From a virus, in the IMG/VR virus record IMGVR_UViG_3300037488_003551, positions 1-64,000 of that record: 64,000 nucleotides of DNA. The stretch is one strand, 5' to 3'. Numbering within the stretch: position 1 is the first letter of the stretch; the number at the start of each line of letters is the position of its first letter. The notes beneath the pieces are model-generated. The model was not told where the DNA came from, searched no databases, and saw only the letters and a program-made list of their open reading frames with translations. The position numbers were made by a program, and so were the translations under genes. Positions 47,165-54,453 of this stretch are shown piece after piece.

Positions 47165-47794
47165 TTAGGCGTCCCCATAGATGATATCGTAATGGTCGGC
47201 AGGCGGGATAGGTTCCATTCCCGTACCTGTGCTTATTAGAGGACTCTGAGACATCGCAAGTTTTATTACGAAGTCGCAATCGTAAAGAACAAAGCGCCGC
47301 AGCTTTCGTATAGGCCAATCCACAATAGATTGTCGCATTGTATCCACGTAGGCGAGGAGCGCCTCATACACGTCGGACATCGGATGTGCGAGCGTCCAGA
47401 GTGCGTCGAATGCGCGTGGACGCAGGGCCAGTTTCAAATACGCACACTTCCAAAGGTCTGTGTAGGGCGATAAAAAAAGTGAAGAATTGGTGGTATAAAG
47501 ATATTGAGCCTCTCTATTCAAGCTTCGACAGAAGACGTAGATTGACGCTATGTCTTTGACCAGATTCTTTTTCGGTACCTCGAAGTCCTTGGCGTAAGCG
47601 ATATCTACGCGCATGACTCCTTCTGGGAGAATGGCCAGACTCGGATTCGTTCTCAAGATATGTGAGATACACAGTGAGCGCGGAACATCCGATTTGTATT
47701 GGTCAATGTATCCCCCGTAAATCGCCCCTACTTGTTTGTACGGAGCGACGTTGAGCTTGGCCATGTGGGCCGCGTCGTCGCGGAAGGTAGTCAT
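47165..47794 (-). CDS. Hypothetical protein
   Basis: 209-aa ORF in a tight operon. Confidence 0.55.
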   Translation of the reverse strand: MTTFRDDAAHMAKLNVAPYKQVGAIYGGYIDQYKSDVPRSLCISHILRTNPSLAILPEGVMRVDIAYAKDFEVPKKNLVKDIASIYVFCRSLNREAQYLYTTNSSLFLSPYTDLWKCAYLKLALRPRAFDALWTLAHPMSDVYEALLAYVDTMRQSIVDWPIRKLRRFVLYDCDFVIKLAMSQSPLISTGTGMEPIPPADHYDIIYGDA

Positions 47795-47796
47795 CT

Positions 47797-48054
47797 TTAG
47801 AAATCCTCACCTTTTGAGATGAAGTGTACTTTTGCTTTTTCGTTCGATAACGCTTCCCTAATCATAGGGGTCGTACGTACTACGTGTTCTTTATAGGCCT
47901 CCGTGAGTTTGTCCGCATCTTCAAATCCCTGTGCCTTCAGCTGCGCAGCGCCACGAGCCACCATTTGGTAGGTGACGAGGCGACCCAACCTCGCAGCTAT
48001 GATCCCTAATTTCTGTAGCCCTAATGGTGGGGCTATTCCGTTGACCCAGCTCAT
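47797..48054 (-). CDS. Hypothetical protein (MSWVNG..., 85 aa)
   Basis: Start re-assigned to 48054; TG-C-TACGCT lies 6 nt upstream (leaderless). Confidence 0.55.
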   Translation of the reverse strand: MSWVNGIAPPLGLQKLGIIAARLGRLVTYQMVARGAAQLKAQGFEDADKLTEAYKEHVVRTTPMIREALSNEKAKVHFISKGEDF

Positions 48055-48088
48055 GGAACGAGCGTAGCACAAATAGGAGCGGAAAAAC

Positions 48089-48262
48089 ATGTCGGAAAGG
48101 TGGAAAGAGGTTCTAGTGGAAGTTGGTAAGAAAGCACTAGTAGCCACTGCGGTTGTAGTTGTAGAGGAGTTAATCCGACGAAATGTTTCCACAGATTCAA
48201 ATGTAAAAACAAAACAAGAACCATCCACGAACACGAATACGAATGCGAATGAGCCGGCCTAA
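48089..48262 (+). CDS. Small protein MSERWKEVLVEVGKKALVATAVVVV... (57 aa), not in ORF track
   Basis: AGGAG SD; TNTNTNAN tail explains the hexamer repeat at 48227-48250. Confidence 0.6.
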   Translation: MSERWKEVLVEVGKKALVATAVVVVEELIRRNVSTDSNVKTKQEPSTNTNTNANEPA

Positions 48263-48368
48263 GCTCTAAATTAGGTTCCCCCAAGTACGAATGCTGAGCA
48301 GTTATCTTCTGCACTATCCGTCCACGTGACGTAAAAAGATGGGGGATTTCTATTCAAAAAATCAACCC

Positions 48369-48384
48369 ATTTTGGGTACAAGAA
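48369..48384 (+). promoter_or_regulatory. Putative phage promoter ATTTTGGGTACAAGAA
   Basis: Exact copy of 6938-6953 (minus strand); upstream of the small-gene cluster. Confidence 0.6.
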
Positions 48385-48451
48385 TACGAGATGAACAGTG
48401 GTTGTTCACACTCAATCCACCCCGTGCTGCAGCACGGGAAAGGAGTCCATC

Positions 48452-48619
48452 ATGTTTGGAAGAGTACTCGAAGTAGGTCTGGGCGTATTTGCAGGAGTCC
48501 TGGCGGCGAAAGGCGTGGAGAAGGGGATTGAGGCGGGAGTCGATGCGTTTAAGGGGTGGCGTAAGTCCGGGGCGGAAGCCCGAGAGGCCAAGAAGGAGGA
48601 AAAGAAAAAGAAGGAGTAG
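48452..48619 (+). CDS. Small membrane-associated protein with basic tail (55 aa)
   Basis: Hairpin plus AAAGGAG SD; VGLGVFAGVLAA. Confidence 0.6.
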   Translation: MFGRVLEVGLGVFAGVLAAKGVEKGIEAGVDAFKGWRKSGAEAREAKKEEKKKKE

Positions 48620-48641
48620 CAGAGTAAGTGGAACGAGTTCC

Positions 48642-48709
48642 GAAACCCGCTGAGAGGGGAGACACCGGTCTCCTCTCTGAGCTCCTCCCCTCTGGGCGGG
48701 TTTCTTTTT
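48642..48709 (+). terminator. Rho-independent terminator (branched stem)
   Basis: GAAACCCGC...GCGGGTTTC followed by TTTTT. Confidence 0.7.
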
Positions 48710-48741
48710 ATTGATCCCACAACAAAGTACAGGAGGATTTG

Positions 48742-48918
48742 ATGAGTTGGCAGACTACGGCAAAAGAAATCGGTAAAGTTGTTTTAGAAGCCGCATTTAC
48801 CGCACTTATAAACGTAATTGTTATTCGTTTTGGTGACCAAAAACCAGTTAAGAAACTCACGCGAACTAAACGTAAACCACGACAACTACGGTCAGCTACC
48901 GTTAAAAAAACTGCATAA
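48742..48918 (+). CDS. Small protein MSWQTTAKEIGKVVLEAAFTALINVIVIRF... (58 aa), not in ORF track
   Basis: AGGAGG SD; hydrophobic helix then basic tail. Confidence 0.6.
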   Translation: MSWQTTAKEIGKVVLEAAFTALINVIVIRFGDQKPVKKLTRTKRKPRQLRSATVKKTA

Positions 48919-48960
48919 CTCTATCCTCAAACCCCCGGAAGTACCGGGAAGGAGTCTATC

Positions 48961-49206
48961 ATGTGTACATGCGAAAAATGCAACCCAAAGCCAACCGAGT
49001 CAAATATCTGTACCAGTGAGCTTGCGGCAGAAGTGACGGCGGGAGTCATCGGTGGACTGCTAGCAGTTGCGGCTATCGGGGTAACGCTGTTCTTCGTGGG
49101 AAGGACGGTGCTAGCGGAAGTCCAGTACAGCGCCAAACAGAAGGGAAGGCGCGAGGTCCAGGACGAGGTTGAAAAAGAGAGCGCGAAAAACCCCAGCGCT
49201 TCCTGA
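48961..49206 (+). CDS. Small single-TM protein
   Basis: Hairpin plus AAGGAG SD similar to the 48452 leader; TM GVIGGLLAVAAIGVTLFFV. Confidence 0.6.
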   Translation: MCTCEKCNPKPTESNICTSELAAEVTAGVIGGLLAVAAIGVTLFFVGRTVLAEVQYSAKQKGRREVQDEVEKESAKNPSAS

Positions 49207-49217
49207 GGTGATTAGAG

Positions 49218-49257
49218 GAGCTCGTCTCAGCTACTTGCTGGGGCGGGCTTCTTTTTT
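49218..49257 (+). terminator. Rho-independent terminator
   Basis: GAGCTCGTCTCAGC-loop-GCTGGGGCGGGCTT then T run. Confidence 0.65.
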
Positions 49258-49318
49258 GGCTTGCACAAACTAACCTCATAGCTTATAGATTGTAAAACAC
49301 CTACAGGAGGAACGGAAA

Positions 49319-50026
49319 ATGACAATAGGACCGTATTTTCTGGATCTGGCCCTGGACAAGTACGAGGTCTGTTGTGCCGTTCAGCATGACGGCGAGCTCT
49401 GTGAGCGCGATGCCTCGGAAGAGCTCATCGCGACCCACCCGGACGGACAGACTTTTTTCATCCCCCTCTGCAGCGACAAGCTCCACCGACTCAAAGCGGT
49501 CAGCGCGAAGAAGCATATCGAGAGCGGCCTGGACCCTCGAGAGGTCACCGAGGTCTACTACCATGGTCTCTTCTTGCAGCCGCAAGGCATGCAACGAAAA
49601 TGCAAGACAACGGAGTACGACCGGTTCTCCGTGCCAATAGGCATCACGAATTACTCAGAAAAGAAAAGTAGAAAAGGCGCAGCTCGAAAAGAAACCCTCC
49701 CCTCTCTTCCTCTCGAAGTTCTCCCAAAAACAATAAAAGCTCCGCGTACCTGGCAATGGATCGATGACGTTTTCCAGTGGATGGATACCGATGGGGAAGT
49801 AAAACCCCTTTTAAAAATGTCCAAACAACATCTCATCCTCACTGCCCTGGCCATTCGCGACGAAAACTACCAATCCTGCCCAAAGAAAATCGCTTGGACA
49901 AAAGAACTCATCGCTCCGAGCTTCAAGCTCGAGTATCCGGAAGGAGCTCTGTGTGTCGGTACGCGCGAAGCCAGTGCTAAGCTCGAGGAATTTGAAGAAG
50001 TTCTGGCAGAGCTTGGAGTCCTGTGA
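49319..50026 (+). CDS. Hypothetical protein
   Basis: AGGAGG SD, 235 aa. Confidence 0.6.
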   Translation: MTIGPYFLDLALDKYEVCCAVQHDGELCERDASEELIATHPDGQTFFIPLCSDKLHRLKAVSAKKHIESGLDPREVTEVYYHGLFLQPQGMQRKCKTTEYDRFSVPIGITNYSEKKSRKGAARKETLPSLPLEVLPKTIKAPRTWQWIDDVFQWMDTDGEVKPLLKMSKQHLILTALAIRDENYQSCPKKIAWTKELIAPSFKLEYPEGALCVGTREASAKLEEFEEVLAELGVL

Positions 50027-50039
50027 CATATAATTGGGC

Positions 50040-50666
50040 ATGAGCGCGACAGGACTATTCAAAAGAGCCGTCTCAATATGGACCAAAGCCCCGGGTCTTC
50101 CTTTTACTGTTAGTGGAAATACAGTACCAGATGACCGACTACTCGGTATGTCCGAGTGGGCTCCCCGTGACATGATAGAGCGCATGGGTAAAGGAGTTCA
50201 TCGAGGTGAAGACGTCGATAAGTTAATCGAAGAAGAACGTGGAAGAGGACTCGGTAAAGCGGTTGGAGGCGGAGCTGCTCTTGGTGGACTAGGTGGAGGA
50301 GTCCTGGGACGCATTATATCAGGAAAAGCCGCGACCGACCCCATTGAGGATATTTTTGAAAAAGGCACAGGTGCTTCTTTACGAGGTCTTCGAAATCTAT
50401 CGCGTGTACCCGGAGCAGCAAAAGCTTTGACACTGGGTGGGGTAGGACTGGGGGCTCTCGCAGGAGGTATCGGTTGGGGTAGAGGCGCTAAAGACCGGGA
50501 GAGCACGGCTCGTGACGTAGCATCTGGTCTGCACACGGAGCAATTAACCGCGGGTAATGCTAGTCTTCAAAATCAACTAATGGCGCGACAACTTTTGAAC
50601 GCTAATCCTATGCCTTCTGCAACCGCATCTACACCTCTCGTAGCGCAGACAGGAAAATCGATATGA
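50040..50666 (+). CDS. Glycine-zipper cargo-like protein
   Basis: LFKRA near the N-terminus; GGGAALGGLGGG; leaderless after TATAATT. Confidence 0.6.
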   Translation: MSATGLFKRAVSIWTKAPGLPFTVSGNTVPDDRLLGMSEWAPRDMIERMGKGVHRGEDVDKLIEEERGRGLGKAVGGGAALGGLGGGVLGRIISGKAATDPIEDIFEKGTGASLRGLRNLSRVPGAAKALTLGGVGLGALAGGIGWGRGAKDRESTARDVASGLHTEQLTAGNASLQNQLMARQLLNANPMPSATASTPLVAQTGKSI

Positions 50667-51010
50667 TGCGTGGCATACAAAAACTAGCGGAGCTTGACGG
50701 CAAAGCTATTCTCGGTGGTGGCGCTGCTGGACTCGGTGCATACGCGTTAGCAAATACGCTTACAAAAAGTACCGCGGAAGCTCAACGCATCGCTATGGAA
50801 AAGGCGATAGAGTCTTATGCTAGAACAAAAGCTACGCCGCTTGTTGCTGGCGCAATCACAGCTCTACTTGTAGGAGCATTCGTAGCTTCTAGGATGAAGA
50901 ACAAAGTACAACAACCAACGATGACTCCGCAGCAGATGATGTACCAGCGCCAAGGCTTTCTCCCAGGTGAAGCTGTTCCATTTCCATCTGTAAGTGCGAA
51001 GTACCGATGA
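50663..51010 (+). CDS. Small two-helix hydrophobic cargo-like protein
   Basis: RGIQKLA N-terminus; GGGAAGLGAY. Confidence 0.55.
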   Translation: MMRGIQKLAELDGKAILGGGAAGLGAYALANTLTKSTAEAQRIAMEKAIESYARTKATPLVAGAITALLVGAFVASRMKNKVQQPTMTPQQMMYQRQGFLPGEAVPFPSVSAKYR

Positions 51011-51126
51011 CAACTCCACGACCCACCATCTATAGAATACCCTCGAAGAATCTCCCAAGGCGTCCTGCTGAAGAGAAGGATAAACGTCTCTGGGAAAAAA
51101 ATAAACAAAAGCGTGGTATAAAGTAG
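51007..51126 (+). CDS. Small basic protein (39 aa), not in ORF track
   Basis: ATGA overlap with the previous stop; MTTPRPTIYRIPSKNLPRR... Confidence 0.4.
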   Translation: MTTPRPTIYRIPSKNLPRRPAEEKDKRLWEKNKQKRGIK

Positions 51127-51580
51127 AGTCGCGATTCTCGTGTAGATGTTGAGCTCGCATGAGTTGGAGCTTGACCGCTGCAGCTACTGCAGTATTTTAG
51201 TCTAATAAGAAAGAAGAGCCATGCCTTTCGGTCGGAGCCGAAAGAGATGAGCTCATGAGCGTCACCGCTACGATTGGCGGTAGCGTCGACGTCCTAGTAC
51301 ACGAGGACCGCGACATTTTAATTAGGCCGCACTGCAGCGTTTTTTAAAAAGAACGCCAGCTGAAGATACTTCAGTACTAAAGGCAACAACAGTGGTTAGA
51401 GTCGTACACGAATCTTTTAGCTTCTTGCTCCTCGAAGTTTTCTATTTTGCGACAAAATAGAAAACGTTCTCCTCGCGGCGAAGTAAAAAGATTCTTGCCG
51501 AACTCTCAGGAGTGCGGTAGGGGAAGGCGTGCCGAGAGTCTCTTCGGAGGCTCTCAGTACGCCGACCTCTTTTTTTGCTC
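51127..51580. ncRNA. Candidate structured non-coding RNA (or origin-like element)
   Basis: ~450 nt with no ORF of 60 aa or more; at least 8 hairpins, one 9-bp long-range helix, ends in a UUCG stem plus T run. Confidence 0.5.
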
Positions 51581-51598
51581 CTGAGTTATAATTGGAGG

Positions 51599-51952
51599 AT
51601 GGAAACTACCTACGACAAAGTTCTCAGCTGGTACAACAAGCAGCCGTGGTGGGGAAAGATTCTCTTCTTTGGAGTTCTCATCCTGCCCTTGCTCATAGGT
51701 ATTGCGCGCTATGCTACGCTTTTAATCCCAGAGAAAAAACTCGTCCCTTTCACCAAGCCTTCGAACTCACCTCCTTTTGGGAAAGTGAACGAAGCATTGG
51801 ATACTCGCCTCGAGGATTTAAAGAAAGAGTTGATATCTAAGCTGGAGACAGTACGGCAAACAGGTATTAGAGCTGGAGAACGACGTGAAACTATAAAGGC
51901 TGCAACGACAATGGCGGAGCTCGACGAAATCAAAAAGAGGTATGGTCTATGA
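51599..51952 (+). CDS. N-terminal TM plus coiled-coil protein (spanin-like candidate)
   Basis: TM ILFFGVLILPLLIGIA; coiled-coil C-terminus. Confidence 0.45.
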   Translation: METTYDKVLSWYNKQPWWGKILFFGVLILPLLIGIARYATLLIPEKKLVPFTKPSNSPPFGKVNEALDTRLEDLKKELISKLETVRQTGIRAGERRETIKAATTMAELDEIKKRYGL

Positions 51953-52398
51953 AAAAACTCTTTGGAATTTTTTGCCTAACTCTAGTTTTTTGGAGTGCCT
52001 CCCTCGCGGCTGAAGACTTTCCCGAACGCCGAGTCCCGGACGTACCGGCTACGACGATAAAAGGAACAGAGTACAAGTGTTTTGATACGGCACAGTACGC
52101 AACGCTCTTGCTCTTATCCTCAGACTATCAAGCTCTGCGCCAAGTTTACTACTTAAATATCCCTAAAACGTACAACGACCTCGAGGATGTATATGTTCTC
52201 AAACTCTCTTTGAAAGACGATGAGATTTCTTTTCTCCATGGAAAATTATCAGAGGCTCAAAAAGAAATTGCTGCTCGGTACGCCGCTGACGAGAAGATAG
52301 TGAAAAGACTACAACTCTCAGCTACGGGTTGGAAGATTATTTCAGGGGTTGAAGCCGCGTTACTTGTGGTGATGACGGGTTACGCCGTTTTTAAGTAA
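51949..52398 (+). CDS. Signal-peptide coiled-coil protein with C-terminal TM (spanin-like candidate)
   Basis: MKKLFGIFCLTLVFWSASLAA; C-terminal hydrophobic helix. Confidence 0.45.
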   Translation: MKKLFGIFCLTLVFWSASLAAEDFPERRVPDVPATTIKGTEYKCFDTAQYATLLLLSSDYQALRQVYYLNIPKTYNDLEDVYVLKLSLKDDEISFLHGKLSEAQKEIAARYAADEKIVKRLQLSATGWKIISGVEAALLVVMTGYAVFK

Positions 52399-52402
52399 GA
52401 AC

Positions 52403-52960
52403 TCAGCCGAACAATCCGAGGGCTTCTTGGAGTTGGGGCTGTACCGACCGATTTTGGAAGAGGCTGTTTAGGATAGGGGTCTGCTGCTGAGCTTGGAGGA
52501 GTTGGTCCATTTGACGAAGTTGGGTCGCTCGCTCAGGGAAAGCTCCCGCGAATTGATTCTGCTGAACGATATTGACCGGAGTCTTAGGAGCAGCTTGAAG
52601 GCGTATGGCTGCAGGGTCATAACCTGGGAGATTCTTAGCTCGGGCTGCAGCCGGTACGCTTGCAGCTGGGACTTGTTCTGCTCTCGTTCTGAATGGAGCT
52701 TGCGGAACAACTGTTCTAGACTTTAATTCTTCCATGAATTGAAGTTGCGTAGGGGTAGGAGCACCGGGTTTTACCGTAGCACGTGCAAGCGGATTCAGTC
52801 CCGTATTTTGAACGGATGTCGCCGCGGAGCCTGGAGGAAGTGGCGTCTTCCGGGAGAAGAGTGTTTTAGCTGCGCGTGTAACTGAATCTAGGATGCCAGC
52901 TTCCTTCTGGAATCCTAGGTCTACTAGTGCTTGTGCGTACCCTACTTGCTGGAAGTTCAT
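52403..52960 (-). CDS. P/Q/A-rich cargo-like protein with class A leader
   Basis: MNFQQVGYAQALVDLGFQKEAG. Confidence 0.6.
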   Translation of the reverse strand: MNFQQVGYAQALVDLGFQKEAGILDSVTRAAKTLFSRKTPLPPGSAATSVQNTGLNPLARATVKPGAPTPTQLQFMEELKSRTVVPQAPFRTRAEQVPAASVPAAARAKNLPGYDPAAIRLQAAPKTPVNIVQQNQFAGAFPERATQLRQMDQLLQAQQQTPILNSLFQNRSVQPQLQEALGLFG

Positions 52961-53463
52961 TGGTAACCCATTGGCATCTGTTGCTGGCCGTATTGCTGCA
53001 TGGGTTGGCTAGGAGGTGGAGCTCCCATACCCGTTACATACCCTAAGCCACCTGCTCCGGCACCAGCTAGACCCACACTCATGAGGGGATTTCGTCGGAT
53101 ACGGTTCAGCATCCCCCCGCCCGCTGCAGCTTGAGGTGGAGGCGCCGAGGCGGCAGGAGACGCGGGAGGAGGAGCTCCCGGGGGCGCAGCCGGAGCCGCT
53201 GTTTGTCCTGCAGGTGCTTTGGGCTTAACACCTGCGAAGGCGTCCTCTGCCCGTCCTGTTGCGTTGGCTCCAGGAGGTTTACGAGGAGTCCGACCAGCTG
53301 CGAACCTCTCGACATCGTCCATGGCCGTAACTCCTGGACCTGCTTTTGGAACCGCTTTCGGCGCTCGACTAAAAAGCTGCTTTAACCAACCAAAGCCTGC
53401 CGCTGTTTTCTCAAGCCCCAAATCTGACAGGGCTGAATGGTATCCAATTTCAATCAAATTCAT
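52957..53463 (-). CDS. P/A-rich glycine-zipper cargo-like protein with class A leader
   Basis: MNLIEIGYHSALSDLGLEKTAAG; GGAGG SD and TAGAATT upstream; start re-assigned to 53463. Confidence 0.65.
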   Translation of the reverse strand: MNLIEIGYHSALSDLGLEKTAAGFGWLKQLFSRAPKAVPKAGPGVTAMDDVERFAAGRTPRKPPGANATGRAEDAFAGVKPKAPAGQTAAPAAPPGAPPPASPAASAPPPQAAAGGGMLNRIRRNPLMSVGLAGAGAGGLGYVTGMGAPPPSQPMQQYGQQQMPMGYQ

Positions 53464-53535
53464 GCTAGTCCTCCGTGCCAAAATTCTACTCGATTTCTGG
53501 TACAAGCTCTGAGACAATTTTACACCCAGGAGGGC

Positions 53536-53763
53536 ATGATGACATTCCAAAGAGAGCTGCGCCAGCTCACACAGAAACGGCGTAAGGTTACCACTTGGAC
53601 CTTTATGATAGTCTTTATTCTTCTTTTGGGTACCGGTGGGGGCTTTTTCATTGCGTTGATTGGTGCTACTTTCTTTTCGACGATAGCACGGATGGGTGTG
53701 ACTCACGAACTGGAAAAATTCAACCGGCGGTTGTATCTAGGAGGAAAGAAGCCATGGGCGTAA
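53536..53763 (+). CDS. Small membrane protein
   Basis: AGGAGG SD; long hydrophobic stretch; GGTACAAG motif at 53499. Confidence 0.55.
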   Translation: MMTFQRELRQLTQKRRKVTTWTFMIVFILLLGTGGGFFIALIGATFFSTIARMGVTHELEKFNRRLYLGGKKPWA

Positions 53764-54077
53764 CCAGTTTAGAAGTCGGGCTGAAGACTCGAACCGAGGA
53801 CCTGAAGAAGCTGTGGGAGACGCTGAAATCCGGCGTAACAATTGAAGATAATCGTTTTGTGAAAATCAACAATTATCTCGCGGAAATTCCCATTCGAATG
53901 CAGCGTAGAGAAGGATATGAAGCTCTCTTCGCTCTTACACGCGCCGCTACCCTGTTAGGAGAGATTAGAATTGAATACAGAGATACAGAAAGAAGAACCG
54001 AAGATGGAACTGACCAAGGAGACACTGTGGAGTGTACCGCTGAGGAGGCTCCGTCAAACGTACATCCTCTTAGGTGA
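53754..54077 (+). CDS. Hypothetical protein
   Basis: GGAGG SD; coupled ORF. Confidence 0.5.
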   Translation: MGVTSLEVGLKTRTEDLKKLWETLKSGVTIEDNRFVKINNYLAEIPIRMQRREGYEALFALTRAATLLGEIRIEYRDTERRTEDGTDQGDTVECTAEEAPSNVHPLR

Positions 54078-54423
54078 GGAGCTTCCAAAGATGATCAACG
54101 AAGCGTACCTCGATATCCTCGAGCAGTTGTACGGGGTGTTAGGGGATGAGGCTACCGTTACAGCCACGCGATTGGATGACTCGTCATTCACAGTCATCGA
54201 GGTTCTAGCGTCTCCAGAGTGTATCCGACCCCTCGCTGATATTCTAAAAGAGACGTCAGAAGTACGGGGATTTGGGATGGCGTTCAAAGCTGAGACCTGC
54301 TTGCCCTTCATCCGCTACCAAATCACGCTGTATTACCTGCCACTCGAGCTCGACTGGGTATGGAATACGGTTTCCCCTACGCCGATTACGCTCAAGACCA
54401 TCGTCAAGAAACTGAAGAAGTAA
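54004..54423 (+). CDS. Hypothetical protein
   Basis: ORF in the accessory operon; start uncertain. Confidence 0.45.
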   Translation: MELTKETLWSVPLRRLRQTYILLGEELPKMINEAYLDILEQLYGVLGDEATVTATRLDDSSFTVIEVLASPECIRPLADILKETSEVRGFGMAFKAETCLPFIRYQITLYYLPLELDWVWNTVSPTPITLKTIVKKLKK

Positions 54424-54453
54424 TTCTCTAAAAACAAGAGGAGGAGGGTCGAG

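Noticed and set aside
48227-48250. Hexamer tandem repeat ACGAAY as iteron or regulatory repeat
   Set aside because: It lies in frame in small ORF 48089-48262 and encodes TNTNTNAN.
51127-51580. tRNA, tmRNA or CRISPR array in the non-coding gap
   Set aside because: No T-loop GTTCRA or CCA-ended cloverleaf, and no repeated direct units; kept only as an unknown structured element.
53464-53706. N-terminal extension of the 249-aa minus ORF in the track
   Set aside because: Overlaps a plus-strand gene with a strong SD; the internal ATG 53463 has its own SD, promoter and class A leader.
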